NCBI RefSeq assembly: GCF_006345805.1
Contig: NC_042998.1
Location: 17,608,001-17,672,000 of the forward strand
DNA from: Octopus sinensis
Lineage: Eukaryota
Direction: 5' to 3'
Length of the DNA: 64,000 nucleotides
Each line of letters starts with the position of its first letter. The first letter of the stretch is position 1. Below the pieces are notes generated by a model. It made no database searches. It was not told the DNA's origin and saw only the letters and a program-made list of their open reading frames with translations. The position numbers were made by a program, and so were the translations under genes. Below, piece by piece: positions 43,253 to 53,058 of the stretch.

Positions 43253-43257
43253 CAGAC

Positions 43258-43322
<65 letters not shown>

Positions 43323-43708
43323 GATAGATAGATAGATATGTTTCTTTATTAGCCACACAGGGCTGCACACAGATAGAACAAATTACAAGGTAGAGCTTTT
43401 CTTTTGGGGGTAAAAAAAGGGAGTGGTGGTTTTCGATCAGAAGGGATCGTAAAAGGAAAGAAAGAGGACAAAAGAGGGAGGGGTTAATAAAAAAAAAAAA
43501 AAGTGGGGGAGAGCAAAAAAATTGATCAATAGGGATCGTTATCACAGAAATGTCAATATGAAGTGTAAAGGGGGAGAACAGGTGAGGTTTACCCGTGGAA
43601 AGAAAAGCCTACGGAAAAGACCACGGTAACCTCGGTCAATGAAGTCACATGTTATATTTCTTTTTTTTTTTTTGCAAATAAGCAACTCTCTGTATTAATT
43701 TTTACGGT

Positions 43709-46700
43709 TCATAGAATCATAGTCAAGGTGGCTTCGTCATTCATACGTGCCATCCTTGCTACATTCACCCATCTTTTTTTAAAACATTCACTAGACAAAA
43801 CTTGCCTCTCTACTCTCACTTTCCTCTTCAAGTGATACTTGAAGAAGTTGATGAGAGATTGACCAGAGAGGAAAGTGTTTGTCTCTAATCCTTTCAGGCG
43901 CGTCCACCAGATACATTCTTTCGCCATAGCCACAAGAATGATAAAAATAGTTCTTCCTTCCCGTTTGAAGGAAGGAGGCGTGACGATATTAACGATAGAC
44001 TCGGCTGATAAACCGACACGTCCCACACGTGACAGCAGTCGTTCGACATAAGCCCACAGGTCGGAAATTGCTGGACACTGCACGATTGCGTGCAGAGCGG
44101 TTTCGTCGCTCTGCCCGCATCTCGGGCAGGTCGGCCCCGTGTTTCTCGAGCCATGCCTATAGAGCTTATCCCGAACGGGTAGCGCTTCTCGGTAGCACCG
44201 CCAGGCCAGGGATCTCTGGAAGTTGTCCATAGGTCCCGGGCCGAAAGTCGTTTGAAACAGGCAGGTCAGGTATTCCTCGTCGACGCCCAGATTTGCCCCG
44301 AGCTCGTCGTCGTACCTCCCCTCCACTAATCCCCTATAGAATGCTTTGGTTGTGTTGAAGTCACTCAAGGTCGACCCGGGACGGCAGAGTTGCTCGAGAG
44401 CAACGTGACACTCGCGGTGCCATTCGCCCTTCCTCGGTCTCTTTTTGATCCACGACTGTAGTTCGGTCATGGAGACGAGTTGCGGGAATGCGTGCCTCAC
44501 AAACGGCGACCACACCTGTTCACCGTCGTCTACATAGAGCCGGAGATGTCGCAGTCTCAGCGCGTGTCTGCGCATCATCAACCACGGCATGCCCAGCCCT
44601 CCTTTTAACGGGTGTTGACAGCAAATGGATCGCCTGACCATCGGGACGCATCCTTTCCACAAGAAGCGGAAGAGTATGCGTTCTAGTTTGGTGATGGTAG
44701 GGTCGGGACAAGGTACGACGGTCAGGCGGTAGTAGATGATGGACGCGATGTACGCGTTCACCACCTCCGCCCGACCTTTTAGGGACAGTTTCCTCTCGTC
44801 CAATTGCTGGGCGAGAGTGACCACCCTACTCGTTATCTCGTTCCAGTTCTTCTCCATTTGGAGGTCCGGACCGAACCAGACCCCGAGCAACTCAACCGGG
44901 CCGTCTGTCCAGCGTCCCACGACGGAGGTACTGGTGGACGGCATGGGCTTGCTTCTCCAGGTGCCGAGCCGCAAGCCCACTGACTTTTCCCGGTTGATTT
45001 TTGCTCCTGTCACAGCTTCGTAGTCTTTCAGTGTCTCGCCGACCCGCTCGATGTGCTCGTGGCTTGACACTATGACGGTGACGTCGTCCGCGTATGCAGA
45101 CACGCTCGTCCCGCATCCCAATTCTCGCGGGATGCCCCTTAGAGTCGCCAGCTTCCGCAGTAGTGGCTCAAGAGTCAATACGTATAGAAGCGCCGAGAGG
45201 GGGCATCCCTGACGGACCGAACGTGCAATGTCGAAACGTCTCGATAGATGTCCATTTACGCGAATTACCGAACGGATGCTTCTGTACAAGGCAGCTATCC
45301 AGCCGCGGAAGACGGGACCGAAACCAGCCGCTCTCAGGACTGCCTCCAAGTATCGATGGTCTACCCTATCAAAGGCTTTCGATTGATCCAAGTTGATCAG
45401 GGCCCCACCCATGCCAGGTTCGTTAACTACCCTGTCTATGATGTAGCGCATCAGATGGAGGTTGTCATGGATGCTCCGGCCCGGCACGGCGCACGTTTGT
45501 GCGTTGTCGACCAGTTTCTGGATGACAAGCGCCAACCTCTTGGCTAACACCTTTGTCAAAATTTTCAGGTTTGCATTGAGCATCGTGATTGGTCTAAAGT
45601 TATCTATAATGTTTCCCTTGTTTGGATCTTTCTTCAGCAGAGTTACAGCTCCTCGACTCACAAAACCGGGTATGCTCCCGTTTTGCTGCCAGTTGCAGTA
45701 CACCGCTGCCAAGACGTCCCGAAACAAGTCTGGCATACAATTGTAAAACTCGTAGGGTAGACCATCCAAACCCGGTGATTTGTCTCTCGAGCATTCTGCT
45801 ATCGCTTCCTGCACTTCCGCCGCCGTGATGGCACCTTCGCAGCACCCTGCCTTTCTTGTCGAGAGTCGTGGCAGGCTATGTAGGTAGGCACTGAAGTCCA
45901 CCCTACGTTCTTGCCCTCCACTCGTCCCGAACAGTCGGGCAAAATGCTGCTGAAAGGCCTCACACATTTTACTTGGCTCGAGCAATTCGCGCCCCTGTTC
46001 ATCTACCAGTGACCGAATGGTGGCTTTGTTGCCTTGTTGCGCCTCTGCCACCCGGGCCTCTCTCGCGGCTCCAACACCTTCGTTCCTTAGAGCACGCATC
46101 CTAGCTCTGACAGCACATCCTTCGTGTTTGGCGTTGAAGTGTTGGTCGAGGGCCAACCTCGCCGCCAAAACGTCGGATGCGATGCCGCTTCTAATTGCCT
46201 CTTCTAGCTTCTTAACTAGCTCACCCTCTACTCTATTTCTATCTATGGCTAGTGATTTGCTGTACCTAATCGCTTCTGCTTTTACTGCCCTCTTGAGGGC
46301 AAACCACCATTTGTTGTTGATGATGGCTCCCGTCAAAGCCCTCTTTACTAGTGTGCTAATCCGGTCTCTGAAAACTTGTCTGGACGGGAATGATGCGTTC
46401 AGTTTCCAGTACCCAGGACCCTGTCTATGTGCCTTATCTAAGTCTAGCGTACACGTCACCAATTTGTGATCCGTGTAGCTGACTGTGTGGAATTGTGGAC
46501 ATCCTAAGTTATCCTTGTCTACTGTCCTACACAGTATCCTATCTAGATACGATCTCGACGACCCACTGCGGTTGCTCCATGTCCACGTTGGTGCATTTGG
46601 GTGGTCGAGTCGGTACCTGTCAGACAGTTGGAATCGTCTGAGCAGGTCTCTGAGGCATTTGCATCCCCTTCTGTTTCTGTCTCTACCCACGTAGTCTACA

Positions 46701-47146
46701 TGCGTGTCCAAGGTAGCATTCCAATCCCCCCCTAAGAGTAAAGGACGAGACGTTCCCAAGAATACTTCTAGACGTCGAAAGAAATCCGCCCGACCTGTTA
46801 AGGGCGGTGCGTAGACTGATACGAGTCGAAAAGCGCACCCATTGCTGCCGTCAACATCCAGAACGACCAGTCTACCCTCCGGGTCTACGAATATCGTCTT
46901 GACTTCGAGATCCAGGCTCTTGTGAAAAAGTACCGCGGTGCCACTACCGCCCATCCTCGGCAGACAGGGAGCGAAATAAATGTTAAACTGTCCGCCAAAC
47001 ATGGACTTTAGGGCCCGTGGCTCGTGGAGTCTGGTCTCACTTATGGCTATGATTCCCAAATCATGTGACTTGATGTCATTTAGGAGGTATCCTTGTTTCC
47101 AAGGAGACCCCAAGCCACGCGCATTCACACAACCAATCTTGACCAT
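43709..47146 (-). CDS. ORF2 polyprotein: apurinic-type endonuclease, reverse transcriptase, C-terminal zinc finger (1145 aa)
   Basis: APE motifs NARGL, ISET, GGDWN, YLDRI, TDHK; RT motifs KSPGLDG, FRPIT, KAFDRV, QGCPLS, YADD; C-terminal CPRCGQSDETALHAIVQC. These motifs are typical of the L1/Tx1 group. Confidence 0.97.
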   Translation of the reverse strand: MVKIGCVNARGLGSPWKQGYLLNDIKSHDLGIIAISETRLHEPRALKSMFGGQFNIYFAPCLPRMGGSGTAVLFHKSLDLEVKTIFVDPEGRLVVLDVDGSNGCAFRLVSVYAPPLTGRADFFRRLEVFLGTSRPLLLGGDWNATLDTHVDYVGRDRNRRGCKCLRDLLRRFQLSDRYRLDHPNAPTWTWSNRSGSSRSYLDRILCRTVDKDNLGCPQFHTVSYTDHKLVTCTLDLDKAHRQGPGYWKLNASFPSRQVFRDRISTLVKRALTGAIINNKWWFALKRAVKAEAIRYSKSLAIDRNRVEGELVKKLEEAIRSGIASDVLAARLALDQHFNAKHEGCAVRARMRALRNEGVGAAREARVAEAQQGNKATIRSLVDEQGRELLEPSKMCEAFQQHFARLFGTSGGQERRVDFSAYLHSLPRLSTRKAGCCEGAITAAEVQEAIAECSRDKSPGLDGLPYEFYNCMPDLFRDVLAAVYCNWQQNGSIPGFVSRGAVTLLKKDPNKGNIIDNFRPITMLNANLKILTKVLAKRLALVIQKLVDNAQTCAVPGRSIHDNLHLMRYIIDRVVNEPGMGGALINLDQSKAFDRVDHRYLEAVLRAAGFGPVFRGWIAALYRSIRSVIRVNGHLSRRFDIARSVRQGCPLSALLYVLTLEPLLRKLATLRGIPRELGCGTSVSAYADDVTVIVSSHEHIERVGETLKDYEAVTGAKINREKSVGLRLGTWRSKPMPSTSTSVVGRWTDGPVELLGVWFGPDLQMEKNWNEITSRVVTLAQQLDERKLSLKGRAEVVNAYIASIIYYRLTVVPCPDPTITKLERILFRFLWKGCVPMVRRSICCQHPLKGGLGMPWLMMRRHALRLRHLRLYVDDGEQVWSPFVRHAFPQLVSMTELQSWIKKRPRKGEWHRECHVALEQLCRPGSTLSDFNTTKAFYRGLVEGRYDDELGANLGVDEEYLTCLFQTTFGPGPMDNFQRSLAWRCYREALPVRDKLYRHGSRNTGPTCPRCGQSDETALHAIVQCPAISDLWAYVERLLSRVGRVGLSAESIVNIVTPPSFKREGRTIFIILVAMAKECIWWTRLKGLETNTFLSGQSLINFFKYHLKRKVRVERQVLSSECFKKRWVNVARMARMNDEATLTMIL

Positions 47147-47196
47147 GATTCTATTGGGGTGTGTGCTTTAAAACACAAAAATGAAAGTACAGAGAT

Positions 47197-49168
47197 TTAC
47201 TTACTTGTGTCGAAAGTTTTGGCTTCCTCGTTCTTTGATGTGTCTTCGAGGAGGTTTTTATACAGTTTTTGGGACAGATATTTCTGGAAACCCCTACAGC
47301 ATTTGGGAAGAGGGCTTGAGTTTGTGGTGTTGTTGTTTTGTGTGATGTGTAGTATTTTGATGTGTTTGGGTGGTGTTTGCGTGGATGATTGCTATTTTTA
47401 AAGTCATCTTCACCAATGTTTGTGTATCCTGTGATGTACTCCATTAGTTTGGAGTCTTTGGTGTCTATCGCTGATAGCATTGTTTTTGTGGTGTTGGTGC
47501 TTGTTTTGTTGTGTATGGAGTTTTCAGGGTTCAGGTATCTCCCTGCTTTGGTTGCGATTTCTTGTTTGGTTTTTCTTGATCTTTTTCTTTTACCCCCTGT
47601 GGCTATTTGCCATTCTGTCGAACTTTCGTCGTTGGACGACGTGTCCGAATCAGAAGAGGGTAAAGGCAAAGCGTTTGGATCTATATGTGTGTTTGTAGAA
47701 GGTGTTGTTGTTTTGTGTGTGTTGTGTTGTTGGGGTGTTAGGGGCAGAATTTGTCTTTTCGTCATTGATTTGTTTTTTTTTTGGTGTTGTTCTTGGTGCT
47801 GGTGTTGGTTTGGGTTTTGATGTTGGTGGTGATGTTGCTTCTTTTGTTGGTTGCGATGTCGGAGGTAATTCTTTTCTTGGTGATGTGGTTGGTGAGGGGG
47901 AAACAGCTTTTGTATCGTCCGCTGTTTTTCCTGTCTTTTGGGTTGAAGGAGGTGTGGGTAGCAGGGGTTTCCTTCCAGGTTTGGGGAGTTGTTGCTGTTG
48001 CCTATTTCTGACAGCAGTTGGGCACTCGTATCTAAGGTGTGCCTCACTGTTGCATAAATAGCATCTTGGTCTCCTGCCCTCCACCACTACATACAATTTT
48101 TGGTCGTTTGCCAGTTGAACAAAAGGCTGGTAAATTGTTTATTACTTCTTGGGAGATTTGAAGAAATATTTCGAGTTTTTTACCCGTCCAGCTTTCCTGG
48201 AATGTCAGCTGTTTCTAAAATATCTGCTTCTTCTATATCGGAGCAGATGGCCGATACCAGCCACTGGGTATTCACCATGGGCGGCACATTATTTATTGTG
48301 ACTTTCGTAATTCTGCGCCCCAGGTAGCTTGGTACCATTGTTACCTGGTCTGTGCGCAGAGTAAGGGTTGAAAACCTTTTTGCTAGTTCTTCCGTATGGA
48401 AGTGAACTTGCACGGTAGCAAATTTACTTCCCCAATTCACATAATTTCGGAATTTCCACACGGAAGAGAGGCACTTTTCAATTTTTTATTTAGGTAGGCT
48501 TTCCGGTCTTTTTGTTTTGGTGTTGAGTATTCTGTAAATGATGATCTTCTTTTGTGTTTCTTCTATGATGTTCCGTGGAATATGTAAATGTATTGTGTCG
48601 CCTTCTCTTGTGAGCAAGGACTTTGTGTCTTGTATTTGTTGGTGAGTAAATTTTAAGATCCTTCTTTTCGGTCGTATGGCTTCCGCGAAATTGTTTTTTG
48701 TGGAGGTGGTGGTGGTGGTGGTGGTGGTGGTGGTGATGTTTGTGGCAGAGTCGTTCGTCGTAGTAGTAAACTGTGAAATCGGGTTGTTTACTAGTTTGTG
48801 AGTGGAGGTCGCGATGTCAGCGTTCGTGTTGTTTCCCCCCATTTCCCCTGCTTTATGAGATTGTGGTAGAGGCAGTGTGGGGTACTCAACGTCGTCAAGG
48901 AGGGTGTCGGTGACCTTGGCTTTGTTGTTGTTGGTAGAGGAAGCAGTTGTCGTAGCAGAAGCTGCTATGGTGGTGGTGTCGGTGTTGATGGTGGTGACGG
49001 TGCTTGGCTTTACGACCTTTGTTTTATAGTTGTTGCTGTTGTCGATGCTGATGGTGGTGGTGGTGGTGGTGCTGCTGTTGTCAGGTTCAGCGTATGCTAG
49101 CAGGGCATCCTATTTTTTTGTCTCTGCGTCACGCTTGACTTGCAACTCAGCCTCGTGGTGACCAGTGG
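47197..49168 (-). pseudogene. E3 ORF1 (gag-like, CCHC knuckle), disrupted
   Basis: Begins MATGHHEAE; CYLCNSEAHLRYEC knuckle; in-frame TAG 49110-49112, in-frame TAA 48486-48488, and frameshifts near 48180, 48120, 47780 and 47350 judged by homology to E1 ORF1. Start coordinate is approximate. Confidence 0.85.
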
Positions 49169-49408
49169 CCATTTTGGAAATAAAATGGCTAAATGGAACC
49201 ACGAAGGCTATGAGAATTTTTCTTTTAAATTTTGCCCACGAGGGGCAAAATTTTGTGTAGATATTTATCAAAGGTTTACAGTGGATGTTGTTGCACAACT
49301 TTTAAACACAAAATATTTGTCAATATACACTTTTGAACGTACAAAATTACCAACTTACGTGGAGCCCATTTGACTTGCGTCTGTCTGTCCAGAGAGATAG
49401 ATAGATAT

Positions 49409-50388
49409 GTTTCTTTATTAGCCACACAGGGCTGCACACAGATAGAACAAATTACAAGGTAGAGCTTTTCTTTTGAAGGTAAAAAAAAAGAAAAAAAAGG
49501 GGGGGGTCGATCAAAAGGGATCGTAAAAGGAGAGAAAGAGGACAAAAAAAGGGAGGGGTTAAAAAAAAAGGCGGAGAGGAAAAAAATTGATCAATAGGGA
49601 TCGTTATCACAGAAATGTCAATATGAAGTGTAAAGGGGAGGACAGGTGAGGTTTACCCGTGGAAAGAAAAGCCTACGGAAAAGACCACGGTAACCTCGGT
49701 CAATGAAGTCACATGTTATATTTCTTTTTTTTTTTTTTACATAAGCAACTCTCTGTATTAATTTTTACGGTTCATAGAATCATAGTCAAGGTGGCTTCGT
49801 CATTCATACGTGCCATCCTTGCTACATTCACTAGACAAAACTTGCCTCTCTACTCTCACTTTTTTCTTCAAGTGATACTTGAAGAAGTTGCTGAGAGATT
49901 GACCAGAGAGGAAAGTGTTTGTCTCTAATCCTTTCAGACGCGTCCACCAGATACATTCTTTCGCCATAGCCACAAGTATGATAGATATAGCTCTTCCTTC
50001 CCGTTTGAAGGAAGGAGGCGTGACGATATTAACGATAGACTCGGCTGATAAACCGACACGTTCCACACGTGACAGCAGTCGTTCGACATAAGCCCACAGG
50101 TGGGAAATTGCTGGACACTGCACGATTGCGTGCAGAGCGGTTTCGTCGCTCTGCCCGCATCTCGGGCAGGTCGGCCCCGTGTTTCTCGAGCCATGCCTAT
50201 AGAGCTTATCCCGAACGGGTAGCGCTTCTCGGTATCACCGCCAGGCCAGGGATCTCTGGAAGTTGTCCATAGGTCCCGGGCCGAAAGTCGTTTGAAACAG
50301 GCGGGTCAGGTATTCCTCGTCGACGCCCAGGTTTGCCCCGAGCTCGTCGTCGTACCTCCCCTCCACTAATCCCCTATAGAATGCTTTG
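49409..50388 (-). mobile_element. 5'-truncated Tx1 copy E4 (~980 bp), E3-like subtype
   Basis: ORF2 end ...TLTMIL type as in E3; 23-bp deletion between ACATTCAC direct repeats; 5' junction into (TCTG)n/(TCTA)n. Confidence 0.95.
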
Positions 50389-50417
50389 TTTATAGACAGA
50401 CAGACAGACAGACAGAC

Positions 50418-50483
<66 letters not shown>

Positions 50484-51195
50484 GTTTCTTTATTGGCCAC
50501 ACAGGGCTGCACACAGATGGGACAAGTTACAAGGTAGAGCTTTTCTTTTGGGGGATGAAGAGAACAAAAAACAAAAGAAAAAAGGGTGTGGCGTAGGTTT
50601 TCGATCAAGAGGGATCGTAAAAGGGAAGAAAAGAACAAAAACAAAAAAAAATTGAATAAAATAAGAAGAATAAAAAGAAAAAACAAAGAAAAGGAAAAGG
50701 AACAAAAGGAAAGAGAAATGAAAAAAGAAGAAAAAAGGGGAAAAAAGGGGAAGAGGAAAAAAAAGAACGATCAATAGGGATCGTGTATCACAGTGTTATG
50801 ATATATGGTGTAAAGGGGAAAGCAAGTAAGGTTTATCCGTGGGAAGAAAAGCCTACGAAAAAGACCACGGTAACCTTGGTCAATATTGTTATATGTTACC
50901 ACATTTGTTTGCAAGTGGGTAACCCTCTGTTTTCAATTTCTGGGTTCATAGGATTATGCTCAAGGTGGCTTCGTCATTCATACATGCCATCCTTGCTCCA
51001 TTCACCCATCTTTTTTTAAAACATTCGCTAGACAAAACTTGCCTCTCTACTCTCACTTTCCTTTTCAAGTGGTACTTGAAGAAGTTGATGAGAGATTGAC
51101 CAGAGAGGAAAGTGTTTGTCTCCAATCCTTTCAGACGCGTCCACCAGATACATTCTTTCGCCATAGCCACAAGGATGAGAAAAAATAGCTCTTCT

Positions 51196-51196
<1 letters not shown>
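50484..51196 (-). mobile_element. 5'-truncated Tx1 copy E5 (713 bp), near-identical twin of E2
   Basis: Same 3' subtype and same 5' junction (GCTCTTC/TTAGATAG) as E2; about 12 differences by hand count. Confidence 0.95.
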
Positions 51197-51247
<51 letters not shown>

Positions 51248-51248
51248 C

Positions 51249-51315
<67 letters not shown>

Positions 51316-51322
51316 CAGATAG

Positions 51323-51439
<117 letters not shown>

Positions 51440-51454
51440 CAAACAGTAGATCTG

Positions 51455-51560
51455 TTTATTTCAAGATTTCAAGATTTCTTGCCAATAAAGAGTCGGTTTC
51501 TTACTTAGATCCAAGGCTTCTTCATTAGAATTTCAGCATCAACAGGGTATTTTTGCTTGT
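51455..51560 (-). mobile_element. Second copy of the 3'UTR terminal cassette of the TACA-associated RLE family
   Basis: Homologous to 51790-51880 and 20757-20850; ends in GAAATCTTGAAATCTTGAAAT. Confidence 0.7.
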
Positions 51561-51683
51561 ATGTACGTATGTATGTATGTATGTATGTATGTATGTATGT
51601 ATGTATGTATGTACGTATGTGTGTATGTATGTACGTACGTACGTATGTATGTATGTATGTATATATGTATGTATGTATATATG

Positions 51684-51717
<34 letters not shown>

Positions 51718-51784
51718 TGTACGTATGTATGTATGTATATATGTATGTATGTATATATGTATGTATGTATGTATATATGTCATT

Positions 51785-51893
51785 ATTCAGATTTCTTGCC
51801 AATAGAGAAAAGAAAACGGTTTCTAACCCAAATGCAAGTCTCCTTCATTGGAATTCCAACATTAACGACAGAGTATATTTGTATGTATTCATG

Positions 51894-51927
<34 letters not shown>

Positions 51928-52900
51928 TGTATGTATGTATGTATGTATGTATGTATGTATGTATGTATGTATGTATGTATGTGCAGATTTGTATGTTTTA
52001 TAATTGTACTCTCGTGCGCATTGTTGCATATCTAGACATACTCATATATGTTTAAATGATACTTTTGAAAATCTTTAAAGGTTTTTACAGTTCCAGTGAT
52101 GGACGGACTATGTAGTCTTTGAATTAGCATTATTCTTTCTGGTTTTGAGGAGCCTAATTTCACAAGATTGGTATTTAGACAGAGTGTTACATATCCCACT
52201 TCCCCAATTATTAGAGGTATAAACCTGAACTTGTAAACTGGATAGAGTAACTGCAGATTTCTGAATAATCCAGCATTTGGTGTTGTCTTTTTCACCGATC
52301 CTCAGCTTTATGATAACTTCCGCTGGGCAGCTAATTTCCACAGATGTGCACAGTTTCTCTTCTCTATCGCAAATCATTATAAGGTCTGTCATACTTAAAT
52401 TTTACTGAGGTCTACACTGGTACATTCTACCAGTATTCCTTTATATTATGAGTGGCTATGACTTCTACCATATTGTGGTTTCTTACTTCTTTGTCCTCGG
52501 TATTATCCTTCCGACATATTTTATTATAGAGTGTTCTAGCTACAACGTCATGTCTCAATACCGTGATGACATTTTCGGACAACTGGTTATGTGAATGATA
52601 TTTTCAGTGTCATCTCCACAAAGTCGGCATCGGTTGTCACATTTTACTGCTTTTCCTGCATCTCTATCCCTTTTGTGCATCAGGTACTTGGTTGATATTT
52701 CTTGTTTCTAGATTGCAAACGCACACCCTTCAAAGTGGGAGGTAGTAATCCGGCGACTGGCCCATGACAAAATTGCTTTGATAACCAATGTTATTATCAT
52801 CACGGAGCTTTCTACTAACACATCATTGAATCGTCTTCTGTTCATATAGACTCATCCATTCATCTGATGATATGTTACGGCAGAATCTTGCGACTCGCCT
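51785..52900 (-). mobile_element. RLE-type (R4-like) non-LTR element fragment bounded by (TACA)n
   Basis: CRLCGDDTENIIHITSCPK knuckle; DLIMICDREEKLCTSVEISCP and FRNLQLLYPVYKFRFIPLIIG RLE motifs; 3'UTR with internal (TACA)n and terminal cassette ..TTGGCAAGAAATC; (TACA)n on both flanks. Confidence 0.85.
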
Positions 52901-52902
52901 GG

Positions 52903-53058
52903 GTATGTATGTATGTATGTATGTATGTATGTATGTATGTATGTATGTATGTATGTATGTATGTATGTATGTGTGTATGTATGTATGTATGTATGTATGT
53001 ACGTACGTACGTACGTATGTATGTATGTATGTATGTATGTATGTATGTATGTATGTAC
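52903..53058. repeat. (TATG)n microsatellite at the 5' junction of the RLE fragment
   Basis: Directly visible. Confidence 0.95.

Larger units (their letters stand above)
43340..49380 (-). mobile_element. Tx1/L1-clade non-LTR retrotransposon copy E3, full length, intact ORF2
   Basis: ~205 nt 5'UTR, ORF1 remnant, 1145-aa ORF2, ~370 nt 3'UTR ending AATAAAGAAAC; flanked by (TATC)n on both sides. Confidence 0.97.

Noticed and set aside
40700-47800. Possible programmed frameshift in ORF1 after the zinc knuckle (both long copies change frame there)
   Set aside because: The required shift is -1 in E1 and +1 in E3, so it is independent decay in homopolymer tracts.
36832-48327. Plus-strand and alternate-frame ORFs overlapping the Tx1 copies (e.g. 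41544-41936, 40260-40649, 46017-46469)
   Set aside because: Antisense or off-frame shadows of GC-richer or low-complexity retroelement sequence; no motifs, and not conserved as ORFs between E1 and E3.
42481-51196. E2/E5 as LTRs or as a giant TSD around E3+E4
   Set aside because: They are ORF2-3'UTR fragments with no LTR hallmarks, and ~2% divergence is hard to reconcile with a lesion-free E3 ORF2 inserted at the same time.
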